Both the position numbers and the translations under genes were made by a program. Shown here piece after piece: positions 27,401 to 41,605 of a stretch of 64,000 bases of DNA. The stretch's first letter is position 1, and each line of letters begins with the position of its first letter. The stretch comes from Botryllus schlosseri (Eukaryota): the NCBI GenBank assembly GCA_051294905.1, contig CM119371.1, positions 37,512,001 to 37,576,000 of the forward strand, written 5' to 3'. The notes beneath the pieces are model-generated. The model saw only the letters and a program-made list of their open reading frames with translations. It had not been told where the DNA came from and did not search any database.

Positions 27401-28999
27401 CCCTTGAAAGATGTCACGCCCCTTGTCGTCATATCAAAAATATATTGAAAAGAGTAACCAGAATGTTTGTAATCCAAACGCATTGTTTGGTGGCATGGAA
27501 AGTGTTATGGCTGTTGAGTCACTTAACAAATACGGAATTCGGACTATACTCAGAACGAAGATTATGAATATGAGCTGGAGGTAAGTCTCGCGGAGCGCAA
27601 AAAATGGTCAGTTGAATATGTTGTTGAACATAATCATGTGCAATGGTCGTAGGTTAGCACATGAATATTTTAGCGATTTTCATTTCTAATTCCTTCAGTT
27701 ACCCACTTGAGCTTCCCTCAAACGCACCCGATCGTAAGCTAAAACTAAAACCAATGGCACAGCCACAAGCATTCGTCAGGTACACTTCATTTAGGGACAT
27801 CTTCTGATTATGCAAAGTGCCACATCAGTCAAAATCTGACATCAGTGTGGGTATGGCAAGGCGCAATTATGAAATTTAAAATCGAAATATTATTATGATT
27901 ATTTTCATTTGTGAAACCTGGAAGTTTCAGCACAAATTAAACTCATTCAGAGTCCAAGAAAAAATCATTTCTCTCTGGCGGCTCTGCGCCTCCCCTCAGA
28001 TGCATTCACGAAGCCCAACGTGTCGTGCCCCCCAGTTTGGGCAACAATCTTCTAATCTAAATTTATATCTACAAATTGTAATTTCCAATCTAAATTCTAC
28101 TAATAGTCTAGTAGACGTTCGCGCAGTGTATTGGCTTCTACTTCAAGCAGTTCCGAGATATTGCGGAAATTGCTACTTGTACTTGTAACCGAGTAGAAAT
28201 TTACGGCGTTACTACGACTTCTTGCTGTATGTCAAATTTGACCAACTTTGTATATAAAAGAGTCGAGTCCTATCACTGGGGGGTTCTTGTCAGAGGTAAT
28301 GAGAACTTTTAAAACAGCCACCGCCTACGATCGACAAAAAGTGTGTGAGCAGATTTACTCTTAGAAACTACTTGCTTGGTACATCTCCAGGCCTTCATTT
28401 TTTGCTTGCAATTAAGGTGGTTTCGTCATGTTTTGGAAATTACTCCTTTCATTTGTTACATGCGTTTCAGCAATGCGGTGAGAATCACTGAAGGGAAGAA
28501 TGCAAGGAAATAAATCTCACTCTCTCTCGGCTGTTGGCGCATTGAAACCGACGACGGCGAGTCTGGCTCCTTCGGTTTCTTCGCATTTGGCCTTGGCCTC
28601 GTCCCAGTTCAGAGTATCAGCAGACAATAGGTAGTAGCAATTATCATCGCCCACTTGAGTTCAGCCGGCTAACGGGTTCTGCAGAAATCGGATAAGTGAA
28701 TTGCTAATGAATAGCAGAACCATAAATTTGTCGAAGCATTTGTTTTCCAATTTCGATTCGGTGGTGTTTCGACGCAACCTCAGCGAACATGCTTGTACAT
28801 AATAGCAAACTAATTAGTTGACTTTCAACATACTATTGGTGTATTAAGTAGTTCTACTTTTCTTTACAAATTAAAAAATTGGCTCAGGACAACTAGATAA
28901 TCCGCGTCGTCGTTTGGCGTGAATCATAATACCGGTTTCGCTGTGTGATGTTCTTGCAGCCATTGCTATATAGCTCGCATAGTCATGCAGGGTCTAAAC

Positions 29000-29543
29000 C
29001 AGGGGCGGGCAACTTCTCCGTTCGACGGGCCGGATATGGGAAAATGAAGCACCTGGCGACAAAATTACGGAATCGATACATTAATCGCGTATTTATCCAC
29101 TTAAATCAATGGTATTTATTGTAAAATTTATGTTTAAATTTTAGAGACCAAAAAGTATGAAGTTATTAACAGTAGCTGTTAAAGTCAATCATGCATCTGT
29201 GGTCGGTCAAAGTTGTCAACAAGTTCTTTGAACTCTGGCTGCATGTCTTATGTACAAACCCTGAGTAAAGACGGCATGCGCGTGAACATAAGTTATATTG
29301 TAACGCAGCCTTGTCTCGTTAATGTTCATTGTCTAAAATACATGTAGGCTACACTCGATCAGAGAATGTAGTTTCATGTCCATCTTTCTCAGGTTGGCAA
29401 ACTTGTATTAATTCTGTGACGCATAAAATTTGTCAATACTTTCAGAATATCATTTCATTTTTGAGGTAGAAACTCTCTGCGGGCCGGTCAAAATCCTTTC
29501 GCGGGCCGGATCTGACCCGCGAGCAGTATGCTGCCCGACCGTG
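29000..29543. mobile_element. Charlie-like hAT MITE in intron 4 of copy A
   Basis: CAGGGGCGGGCAAC start; TSD GTCTAAAC on both sides. Confidence 0.85.
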
Positions 29544-30308
29544 GTCTAAACACACTCCCTCTCAAACTCGATACCCTGTCCTCTTGAAATACCGGCTCTA
29601 TCTTCAATAATCAGGTATGAGTTAGTTGTGATTAGTTAGTTGGTTGTGGATATTTGAAGAGCGTCAGTTCTAGATCAGTTCAGTTCTAGTTCAAGTTCTT
29701 GTGGCGCAACTTGAAATTCAAGTAGTTTGCACAATTGCACACGACAGAATTTCAGTTCACCAGATTCAAGTTTTTATGAATCACGCTCCTTTTCGAGCAG
29801 ACATTGTCCGTAAACAGTAGTGATTTGCAGCATTTAACTGCGTTACGTTTAGTAACACCATAACAATCGCAGTCATACTCCAGAAAAACGTCGTATGTTA
29901 AACGCCACAGTTATCCATTCTTCCTCGGCATTAGTGCATTACTAAATTCCAAAATCCTTGATATAAGAATTATAGCCCAGCCGATGTCAGTAGTTTGATA
30001 GAACCGAAAATTAACGCCTTGAACGACAACCTCGATATATTCAACAGAAATGGGATCTAGTCTAAGGCAAGTGTCTAAACGCATCTATTTCAAAGGTTTG
30101 ACATCCTTTGTGATGTTTGGGCATGAACTAAACTGGAATGTTTGGTCAGGCTATATTATTAATGTTATGATGATAAATTTGTCATTATATGAGACACAGA
30201 ACTTTCGTGGCGTATCGCAACATTTACGGTTTTTTTGCTCTTCCTGAAGCAGTTAGAGATTTCACAGTCAGTTTCACAATCTGACTGTAAGTGTTAGTAT
30301 GGCCATAG

Positions 30309-30868
30309 CAGGGTTGTAATGACTCGAGTCACGATGTTTTTGGTGAATCGACTTGACTCGTGTCATTTTCTCAAAACGGAGAAAATGACTCGACTCTACT
30401 TGATTCTGTGTATTGACTCGACTTGCACTCGAGTCATTGCGCACGACTCGGACCAAGTCATATGACTCGAGACTCCGACGACTAAGACCGACATTTCATT
30501 GTAATTTCGAAGAATAGGAAAGTTACCCAACTATTGGTATTTTATTTATTAGTACTGGTACTAGATAATGCGACCAGAAACCGGTAAAAGTTAGGAAAAT
30601 TAGTGTATTATAAATGTGGAGCATTATACACCACCAAGCAGAGTTAATAAACGTGGGCTTTATAAGAATTTAACTCGACACTGCACAGTGAACACAATGA
30701 CTTGAACTCGGACTCGAGTCATAACACGATGACTCAGACTCGACCGTCTTCTCGCCGACTTGGACACAGACTTGACTCGGTGGGGAATTGAAAATGACTT
30801 GAGTCAAAACTATAAAATCGGGATTGACTTGTGACTCGGAACCTTGTGGATTGCTGGTTACAACCCTT
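30309..30868. mobile_element. Same MITE family, in intron 4 of copy A
   Basis: TIR CAGGGTTGTAA; TSD GGCCATAG/GCCCATAG; absent from copy B (about 56237). Confidence 0.85.
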
Positions 30869-31294
30869 GCCCATAGGAGGTCACGGACCGGCATAGTAAG
30901 TCAAAGAGTCGATAGACGAGCTATGAAGATAGTCTCACTGCAGTGGTCGTGCCTGGGGCCATTGTAGTCGTTGCTGCTGTTGTAGTCGTGGTCCTTGTCA
31001 TCGACACTGAAAAAAAGACATCAGAAAATCGTTCGTAGGTAAAAATCTGAAATAGCACATCTGCGTGAGAATGAATGAAGGAAACATTAAACTAGAGCCC
31101 GACCGATTTATCGGTTCGACGTTAATATCGAGTCGATAACACATTTGGACAAAAAAATCGGTATCGGTAATTTGATTTGAAAATATACAGCCAAATTTTC
31201 GTGACGTCACAGCAGGGTAATAGGCAATCACACAGCCATAATGTGAGACTCCTCGACTGCATGTGAATATTAATATGTTTCATATACCTTACAT

Positions 31295-32053
31295 CAGGGA
31301 TGGCCAACCTTTTTGCCATTCACGGCCGCATTTCGACTACACATGTAGCCTACGCCCGCAATCCTTGGCATAGTCCTAATAAACTAGCTGGACGCCAAAT
31401 ACCCATGTTAGAGTGTCTCTGTCCATTTCTGGTGAACTCCGGACTAATCGATTTAATCATACAGGCTTGCTATACGCACCGAAATCGCGAGTGGTCACTG
31501 GCCATGTTATGGGTATGTACATTTTCGCGCGAAGCGCTAAAATTTCCTCAGATTAACTAATGAATTTCGTGAATAATATTAGTAGTTTTTCAGATTACTA
31601 ATAAACATTTATCCTTTCTCAGCCCATGGATGTGATCAGATTCACTGGTAGAGTTGATGAAGGGGGTGTTTTCGAAAATTTAGGGCGAGTTATAAATGAT
31701 GATGCATCTTCGGGTGGGCCAATCGTTATTGGTCACTTTGTTGCATGCTGGTATTTCTTGAGCTCCCATCAGGATTGTCGGTATAGTGAGGAGTACACGA
31801 TTCAAAATTGGTATTTTTACATGGGGCCCATCAATTTCCTCTGCTGTTCGAATCTGTAATGTGGGGCTCTGATTGCAAATGGCCCTACTACATTAAAATC
31901 GAATAATGAAGTCACATTGAATCGCGCCAAGCGCGAACAAAATTTCAAGGTTTAATAAAATATATCAAGAAATCTGGAGTCAATACGTAAATTCAAATTA
32001 CATGTCCACGGCCGCACAAATTTCCTTTTACGGTCACTGGTTGGCCACCCCTG
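31295..32053. mobile_element. Charlie-like hAT MITE in intron 3 of copy A
   Basis: TIR CAGGG(A/G)TGGCCAACC; TSD CCTTACAT; related copy at 58232-58854. Confidence 0.85.
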
Positions 32054-32958
32054 CCTTACATGCAGAGGAGGTCAAAGTAGTCTTGGTTGGTAGTCAAGTA
32101 TAAGTAGAAGTGAGGGCGGAGATCAGATAATTGGATTATTGACAGAGTCGATTTAACAATCCAGGATTAAGGAAACGCATTTTCATCTTATGATTTGACA
32201 AACCGGAACAAACAATAACTTGCTATCTAATAAAAACTGCGTACACTGCGTATCATTCCTATGCGCAAATATTTCCGATAATGACCGTGACGATTGTTTC
32301 CTAGAGAAGTGGTTCTCAAACTAGGGGCGCGCTCCCTCTTGGGGGGCGTAAAGCGTCTGAAAGGGGGCATATATCTGCGGTTAACTGAAATTTTTTTGTC
32401 GTGCGCTGGGTGATTTACCTCCAGTTCATAGTTGTTGCTCTAAGTATATTCCGAATCTAAAATTTAGGAATTGTCTTATCAACAGTCATAACATTCCATG
32501 TCATCAAACTATCCGTTGTATTGCTAGCATTCAGGTTGCATTTTGTTATATGACGATAGGGGGCGTGCGAAATTTTTCAATATCATAAAGGGGGCGTGTC
32601 AAAATAGCTTGAGAACCACTGCCTTATACAGCTAATGGCTTCACCAAACAATCAGACAATGAACGATGCGCCAATTAGGTGAAAAGTAAGTATTATAATT
32701 AAGTGAACTTATCACTGTTAAGTGACAATAGTCAAAACCATAAACACCTGTGTAAGTAGTGTACAGTAAGTAGGCAGGCAAATCCGACTACTTGATTTGA
32801 AGTACTTCCTTACTGACCACTTACAGGTGTCCAAATACAGTCTTTGCAGTGTCATTCATGTCAAAGCATAGCAATGGTCGAAAAACCGTTCGAACGGATG
32901 CTCTGGGGTTTTCGAAATACGATTAAGCTGGATGCCATTATTTAAATATCGTCTAAAT

Positions 32959-33318
32959 CAGTGATTCCCAACCTTTTTCGACTCATCGTCCCCTTTTCGA
33001 GCTCCACATCATTCATCGCCGCTAAATATTGGGAACCGAAAAATGGGCATTCAAACTGTAATCACCGGCGAGTTGACTAAAAAATAAGTCAACTTCCCGA
33101 CTCCACCTCGAAATTATACTTTTACAACTCCGACTTGACTCCAATATAGCCGTTTAACCCGCATTCGCCCCCCTATCGCCCCTTCGATATTTTCGCCCGT
33201 TATCGCCCCCTTCGTCCGTTTTCGCCCCCTATCGCCCCTTCGTTATTTTCGATCCCTATCGCCCCTTCTTTATTTTCGACCCCCTAGACTGCCAAATCGC
33301 CCACGTAGGGAACCACTG
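32959..33318. mobile_element. hAT-like MITE with internal ATCGCCCCC tandem array
   Basis: CAGTGATTCCCA...GGGAACCACTG; TSD GTCTAAAT/GTTAAAAT. Confidence 0.7.
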
Positions 33319-34421
33319 GTTAAAATATATCGGGGTTTACCGTGACGGTGTTGGTTATCGATTTTATCGGTATCGTTACAAAAATCCTATATCGAACGTA
33401 CTAAATGTGCGTTGATACTCACTGAATAGGGCGATGAATAGAAGGGGGTCGTCGAAGATGCTGTCTCGTTTAGGTTTGACGGCAGGTCCATGATAAACGG
33501 GCAAATGTTGTACGATGGGTTGTTGGTAGATTGGCTGAGGTTGGACCACAGGTGGATAATGGATGGGCTGATGAGGTTGGACCATGGGTACATGTTGGCT
33601 GGGCTGGTGATATTGGGCCATGGGTACATGTCCGTATTCGTGAGAATCTTCATACATCATCTATAAAAGAGGGAAATTTATTTAAAAGGCTTGGAGTCGA
33701 TAGCTGGCAAGGATGTGGTCTCGATTTGAAAACCAGGAAAAATGGCGGACGCAAATGCTCGCGACTTTCTGACAAAATAGTGAATTGACTCACATGGTGC
33801 GCCATCGGTTCTCTGTTTTCGGCCTCTGTTTAAATCGAAATCAGATGCGATTGATTCATGAAACATATTGCAGAATACTCACCTCCAGAAGCATAGACGA
33901 CGTAAGCGAAAATCGCGAAGCAAAGAATTGCGATCTTCATTTCGAATCTACAAGCTATGAAATACAGAATGCAAGAACACGGAGGTGAACAGTTAGCCGT
34001 CTTGAGCTATTTTAACACCATCATCCATGAATTACTTCATGTGACGTGGTTAAACTTATTGATAACAATGATATTTTGAGTGGCGGCCCTTTCTTCTGCA
34101 TTTGTGTATTTAATTCAACGGGAATGGCGAGAATGTAATCCGATATCAATTGCTGTAATTTATCATGCCCGTGTGGTGTCAAAATAACCTTCTCATCAAG
34201 GTCCTCCATAATTTGTCCTGGTGTAATATCACAATGTGGTTTGCTTTCCTCCGAGCCAACTCCCGGTGTAATATCACGAGAAGTTCAGCTTCTTTTCGAT
34301 TACATTGGACTACTGCTGCTGCCAATAGAGTTATCATCCATATCTACCTACAGTAACTCATAAATGATATTCTCAGTCAGTAATTACCAATCGATTTTTT
34401 CCAATTTAATAATATCTAGAT

Positions 34422-36422
34422 CAGTGATTCCCAAGTGCGGCCCCGAGGGCCGCATGCGGCCCCCAGATAGCCTTCGTGCGGCCCCCAAAATATATTAAGA
34501 AATCGGATTATGACAAAAAATAAAATTTATATTTATAATATACTTTTGCTTGACTTGGCCTCTGTAGTTTTTAATTATAGAATTGCAGGAAAGTTGTGAG
34601 TATAGACTGCTAACGTTACGTCACTGCTGTTTCAATGCAGAGCCCTAACTTTCCAGTTGAACGAGCAGTAGCTATAGATATAAATAGGTATTGATAACTT
34701 TCAAAACCGGAGGAAAATCCTGAAAAAATGGTAAATTTTTTCCACTTCGTGGTTGCTTGACTAAAAAAGAAAAAGAGGCTCAACTTTCCGGTCCAGCTCC
34801 CGAAGTAGTCGCCGAAGCGTTCCTAAAGTGCTGACTTAATATCAGTCGAATTTGGCCCTATATGTAACCAAAATCCTCAATAAAGAAGACATAATCTCAA
34901 AAAAGAAGACATTTGGGTGTCATCCGAGGAATCTTTAAAAAAAATCAAAAAAGAGGACAAATCATCTTAAAAGAGGACGTATGGTAATCCTATGATAACT
35001 AGATGTGGAACACTGGACTCACGGTTGAATACGCCGAGATGCATACTGCTTAGCCCGATAAAAGCAGCATAAATGGTAGTCCTATAGTCACGGCCGTAAC
35101 TGCCGCACCCCAAACCCCCAATTGAGGGGGGCCGAGCTCGAAGGGGGCCCAAAATTATTTCGTGAATTAGCATAAATTATAGAGTAATTTTTGAAAATTT
35201 ATGCGAAGTTTTTGAAAATTTTCGCGCAATGCGCGATTTCAATTCGCCGCATAACATGATTATTGGGTAGGCTACTCTTCCCCAAGAAAAATACGCAAAA
35301 TTTATAGAAATGGGCATATCATCGTTGGCCATGACCGCACCACAACGTACCAAGACATATAAATTTTTAGGCCATGTAACATGTGACTCCAAGAAGTGTG
35401 TTAGAACGATCGGCAGCGAGAAAGCCATGGCCGTACAGGAGTGCTTTTATGCTGACCAAAAACTTCGTTATATATACAAAATACAGATAGGTTTAATTTT
35501 CCATATAGGCGCCTAAATGACTGGCGCCGAATGTTCTTGTCTTGGCAATCTGAACCTCACAAGACAAATACCATCCCGCAGGAAAGAAAATTATATGCCA
35601 GCGAAGAAATACCAATCTGAAATCGTGTGATCTTTCAGTTTAGTAGGTTTGGGCAATTCTACATTTTTTGATATAGCAAACAGGAGGTCACGAAATAACA
35701 TAATGTAAAGAAGTCATACCTAGGGGTCCGCCCGCCCGAAGATAGAATTTTACGGGGTCGGCAGTTTCAAAGACATCTCTCACTCAGCTATACCGGTAAA
35801 TCTGATTACGTGGGCAAAGAGGACGACCATGCAATTCCTGATCTTATTCACCGATTTTATCATGAATTATCGAAATATTCGAGCGTCGCACTGTCTCACT
35901 AAACAGTACAACTTTAATTTCGTGGCAAAAGCGAACAGCGTGATGCGGGGTCAGTTTATCACCCTATGGGAGCCCGGGGTCCTGACGAAGTGCTGTTACG
36001 TTCCTGTCAACGGCCTATACCCCAGAGATGTTTAATTGCTGTTGATGGGGCCTATCCCTTTTCAAACACACCGCACTCAGCTCTACCGGTAAATCAGATT
36101 ACGTGAACAGAGACAGGATGAAAATTGATAGCAATACATGCAATTCCCGATCGTATTGACCGATTCAGTCATGAAAGTAAAGAAATTTCCGCGCTTCGCG
36201 CGTTTAGGCGAGAAAAGCTGATTCACTCAACGGACACCCAATAGCAGATAAGTAGTGGTAAACAGTGTACAGTTTTGAAATATCGCCAGGGCAATAAAAC
36301 TACTCCGAAATAGACATGATGACTCTTTGGGTCCGTTTCATAGCCGTAGTATTCGTGCGGCCCCGACCGTACTCTGAAATTCTAAATTTGGCCCTTACAC
36401 CGAAAAAGTTTGGGAACCACTG
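34422..36422. mobile_element. Charlie-like hAT element with nested fragments
   Basis: TIR CAGTG(A/G)TTCCCAA; TSD ATCTAGAT on both sides. Confidence 0.85.
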
Positions 36423-36509
36423 ATCTAGATTATGAAAACGTCTTCTCCTTATCAATATATACAAAAACCTATGTAAGATTATACAAATCAAGCCGTTTCA
36501 AGGAAACCT

Positions 36510-37200
36510 TGACTGAAGAATGACAGACAATATGGCAACCAATTGATAACATTGATTGAGTGAATTTAGTGACTTCTCTTGCTCATCAAATATCTTACTG
36601 ATATGAATGCTTTGAAGCCGCGCCAATTGGTAGATGTACTGCGCCACTAAATAATCTGTTCTCAATGCCCTGCATCCTCTCCAAACCAAACATAACTGCA
36701 TTTTTAACAGTCAATCTGGCCGACAACAATCCGCCTGCATGCTATGAAACGACCACAAATCGGCAGCTGCACCGCGGTACTCAGGTGTTGCGCATCTATT
36801 CGCAGGTTAGTGAATGAACTCATAAACAAAACAAAATTCTCCGCAAATCTTGGGAAAAATGACTTGACTCCAATTTTAATTGCAATATTACTTCGAAGGA
36901 TTTGTTGTTTATAACTTTAGTTGGGTTGTCCATGGAAGCAATGCATCAAGCAATCTCTCTAAAGAAGAGCTGTTCATCAATTTACAAAAATGCATATTTG
37001 TTATAACGCTGTTTCTACAGAAATGGATGAGTTATGGCTGTCTCCTATGAAATTCTACATCACGATGAGTACTAAAGTAATAGAAGTTTTACCGCCATTG
37101 GCATCTTCATGACTATGTAAACATAAATTCTTTGTCTTGAGTGAAGTTAATAACTGTACAGGAGGGAGACTGCTTGGAATTAACGAGGACATGGGGGTAT
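36510..37200 (-). pseudogene. Possible decayed CTLD fragment
   Basis: YVWFGEDAGH*EQII*WRSTSTNWRG and a frameshifted CYQL-LPY-VC at 36510-36720 resemble the CTLD C-half. The N-half signal near 37100-37200 is weak. Confidence 0.3.
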
Positions 37201-37669
37201 GTTGGTCGAGAATGCGACTTAACCTCATTTCAGTCGTGTATATCTTCGTATAAATGAGACCAGCCATCGCATTACTGCAGGATTTCTTTTTCAAAAAGCA
37301 TATATTTTATAGCTACGATTTATTATTTTTCTAGTGTGACCCAAGTCACAAAAGTTCGGGAACACTGATTTAGACCTAAATTAAATTAATATAATAAATT
37401 TAACTCCATCTTTCACCGTGACCCGCATAAAGTATAATTACGGTTACACGGAATTACTCAAGCACTTGAATCGAAAACTAGTCTTAATTGTAATCATTCG
37501 AGTTGACTTTTGATAGACGACATCACTACTAGTACTGAAATTATACGCCTCTTTCGACCAAGACTTATCTTAACGTGGATAATTTTAGTTTCAATGCAGT
37601 CTTCCAACATGAAAGCCTTCAAACCACAAATGATCGTATCACAGCATCCCAAGACAATGTAGTACAATA

Positions 37670-38236
37670 CAGGTTGTAATGACTCGAGTCAAGATTTTTC
37701 AGTGACTCGGCTTCACTCGAGTCTTTCTATTTAAATGCGTAAAATGACTCGACATGGGATAATTTGTGTAATGACTCGACTTGTACTCGAGTCATTGTGC
37801 ATGACTCGAACCAAGTCATATGACTCGTGACTAAGACGGCGAACACAGATATTTCATTGTAACTTCGAAGAACAGTAAAGTTGCCAGATTTTTGGTATTT
37901 CGTCTATCAGTCCCGATACTTGGAGAATAGGCCCAGAAATGTTAGGACTGAGGAAAAATACGATATTATGCTGAATGTGAGCCATTCTATATCACTGGAC
38001 CAGAGTTGATACAAGTGGATTGAACCGTATTGAACTCAAAACTGAACAGTGAACACGATGAATTGGACTCGGAGTCGAGTTACAACAGTATGACTCGGAC
38101 TCGACCCTCTACTCACTGACTTGGACTCGGATTTGACTCGAGGCTGAATTGAAACTGACTCGACTTGACTCGAGTTAAAACTAAAAAAGTGAGAATGACT
38201 TGTGACTCGGAACCTTGTGACTTGGTTACAAACATG
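37670..38236. mobile_element. Same MITE family
   Basis: Homologous to 20013-20561; TSD GTACAATA/GTTCAATA. Confidence 0.85.
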
Positions 38237-41200
38237 GTTCAATACTAAGCACGTTAGTGGTAATGGCATTAATGAGAACTAGTGATCAACCGGCAGCTTT
38301 GTACCCTGCAAGCATAAATTTAAAATTTCAAAGTCATCCATATTGTCATGACGTCGTACTCAACTCGACTCGATGACTAATACTCGATTCAAAATCGTAT
38401 CATTCAGATACTCGACACAATTTATGAGATCCGATACATTTAACTGCATCAATCACACAAGGGAGAACATGAATTGATAATAACTGCATGCTGGTTTTAA
38501 TCGACTGATATTATCGCACTGATTCCGGATGTCTAAAAATTATTAACGTCAGAGCGTCAGAACCTTTTCAAAATCTCCAAGGAACATGCGATTCGGCTTT
38601 AGGTACAATGGCAGCGATGTGCAACAATGACCAGGTGAGGCACAGATGCATTTGCCTCATTCAATGCTATGTAACAATCCGATAATCGCAACGTAGTGAT
38701 ACAATACGCGAGGGGTTCTCGAACTCTTTTCACCGCCATCCAAATCTGCGTGCTACTGGTATCTCGCGACCCAAGCCTAGCATATCGGAATATATGCATT
38801 TTTAATGTTAGACACTACGTTTCACGGGCCTGTACGAAATATAGAAGGTCGACACAATCCGCTGCTCAAAACGCAGATCTATAAAATATATGTCACCCCG
38901 GTTTTTACGAATTGGGAACGTTGTTTTCCTCGCTGGGTCGCATTTGCGCTGCAGGACTTAGATTGCAAGGGTTATTTCGACGACCGGACACATCAATATG
39001 GAGGGTTTTGGCCAACCATCGACGGTTTTATCACCGCCGATCTTATTTGCACGGCTTTTGGCCCAAACCTCATGTCTTCATGTGTCCTGGTGCGGAAAGG
39101 CTCAGCCCAGAAATGCCTGTGTCTAATAGTCTCGCACCCGCAGCATATTGCCATCCCTAGACTGAAGCATCCCACCGGTCTAAGACGGCGAAGAAATTTC
39201 CGTCTTTCCCAATTGCGAATACGTTTGAATTGTTTCTGTAAATTATTCGCATTAAACATTATGAGGTGTCGCAGTTATGACCCCTTCCCTCTTCCATATC
39301 CGAGTATTAGCCGCGCAAGTTATAGCATTCCAGAGAAACTAATGTCAGACAAATCTTATCATGACATCAAACAATTTTTGTAATACAAAAGTCCGCACAT
39401 ATTTATGCTCAAGCCATATTATCGTAACCATTTGTCTGCGTTTCCCGCTTATTGGTGATACTACCCAGGACAATGAACAGAACACGGACAGGAACGAAGT
39501 ATCCACTCGAAATCACGCCGAGGCGCGAAGAATTTTTTTGTTGCGGAAATTTCGGCAACTAATACATGCATATTAACAGATGATGCTGGTGCGGTCGGGA
39601 CCCAAATTTATAGCCTTCGCAACCCATACTTTAAGAACCCCTGCGATAGTCTATTCCCATAGCAAGGTGACGTTGTAATACGAATCGTGTATTTGCGACG
39701 GCCGACATGTATCCTATTGCTGAGCAAATTATTTCACTTACTGACGTATAGGCTAGCTGTTTTGTGTTTTCCGTCCCCACCTATAGGCTACCTCCAATTG
39801 TGGATACATGTAGTAGCTTCTTACTTTGTGTGCGTGTGAAAATTGCTAATGTAATAAGAAAAAGGTGGCCAATTGAAAAAATCCACCATTTTGGGTTCAT
39901 ATATTTGTAAATCTGACTCTAATTCGTCAGTGCCTCACCAGACATGAACCTCGCCCCATGTCACTGACATACTATAACACCCGGACTGCGCCCCCTCTCA
40001 CTCATTGCGATGTCAGCGGAATTTCAATTCTGAATATTTTATATTTATCAGATCCGGCCTGCAAAAATTGCTCGGAGCTCTCTTTTTCACGAATAATAGT
40101 AGCCTAATAATAACAAAAAACATTTAACCTACTTTTGAATCTTACTGCGTGGAAAAAAATGTATATGGGCTGCATAAACTGATCAGGAAAATTGTTTACG
40201 TTGAAGCCTGTTAGTTCACGTGCCTTGATTACGTAGCCAACGTACGTCGTATGCGTAATCCATATTCAATATAAAGCCAATATAGCAATGAATGCCGTAG
40301 CAATCAATTACACAAGTCACCATTTCCAAGTAGTATAGTATTTAGGCGCATTTGTTACTATTGCTGCATTACAAATTACACGGTCTTCGTTTTAAATTGT
40401 TACAGCACACGTCTCCAAGTCCCCAATTCGTGAAGAAAGTAAATCATTGCATGCGATTAGCGGTCATCGTCAGTAATAAACGATGGGTGGGCGTGTCTTG
40501 AATAAAAATAAAGGTGGACGCTGAAGGCCGGTAGTTCGAGAATCGTTAAAGCATTAAATATTTGACTACTGAAGTCAGGGTTAAATCTGTCATTTTAGTT
40601 TGGCATGATCACGTAACTGTTTTTAAGGAATACAAAATAAGTCGGCATTATAAGAAAAACCACGCGGCGAAATGGAAGACCTCGTCTGAGGCCGAGAGAT
40701 AGTAAATTTCAGAAGATCTTCTAGTGAAGCTACCAAAACCACACGGCTACTTAACAAACCAATGTAGGAACCAAGCTGGGCTCTGTATTATCCCAAATAC
40801 ATTTTGGTGTCCTAATAAAAACGTGTCGTACGCTAACAATATTATTTACTGCTTTCTATTTAGAATTAAAATTAATTCACCGATAAATATAGTTCAAACT
40901 TTTCGCTCGACCAGTCAACATATTTTCTGCTTCTAACTAGGCCCGAAGTGAGAAATAATCTTCGATACTTGTTTTAGGGTAATCTGAGGAGCGCCGAACT
41001 ATATTGAAAATAAAAAACTCCAAGCAAATAGTGATAGTTGAGTCTATGAATATAGGAACGGACCAACGTAAAGCCACGAACACTCAGTTGGAACCAAAGT
41101 TCGCCCAGCCCTCTCTTCACGTACTAAATCCTTCACCCGGTGCTAGTTGCTCTCCAGTCTATCTTAAGGTTGTGATACGCCTAACATCAATGTAACCAGA

Positions 41201-41605
41201 TTTATGGCCCGGAGAACGTCAGCGAACAATAAAAAAGGTAGAGACGACACGTAAAACTATTCCTTGTAGAGTTACACGCGGAGCGGTCGATGCCATCACC
41301 GCGCGTGCCGGCCAGATACACCAGAGGGCATATCCTATCGCCGCCAGCAGACTGTGCAAAATATTCCGAAACAAGTGCTGTGTTATAGTCACGAATAAAC
41401 CAGTTATCCCACCTCAAAAGCACAAAACGATCAGCCTTAGTCGGTTAGCCTTAAGACAAATAGATAACTCTAGTAAGTCTATAAAGAGCAAACTGTCGGT
41501 AATTTAAATTTAATCTAATTTGTGAAATGGTTTTATTCTCTCATTTTATGTTTAGATCAATTATATGTTTTTCTGAATATGATACAAAACTGTGTCGTGC
41601 GAAAC

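Larger units (their letters stand above)
26860..33940 (-). pseudogene. Paralog of copy B (copy A); probable pseudogene or truncated allele
   Basis: Exons 33940-33883 (MKIAILCFAIFAYVVYASG), 33825-33794, 33660-33423, 31006-30939, 28678-28521, 27130-26860, with the same phases as copy B. In-frame TGA at 28663-28661. C-terminus RRYMYT* instead of RRYICEICI*, so the conserved terminal Cys is lost. Confidence 0.8.
19755..37670 (+). repeat. Segmental duplication unit A
   Basis: Colinear homology to 48495-63530 in flanks, introns and exons once TE insertions are removed. Boundaries are minimum estimates. Confidence 0.8.

Noticed and set aside
28661..28663. Selenocysteine or readthrough at the in-frame TGA
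   Set aside because: It aligns to Tyr/Trp rather than Cys, I recognised no SECIS, and a second lesion exists downstream.
33540..33565. ITIM-like IHYPPV in copy A
   Set aside because: Not conserved in copy B, and it lies downstream of a signal peptide.
38805..39383. 192-aa ORF as an intact single-exon gene
   Set aside because: No coherent domain; at most part of a decayed exon.
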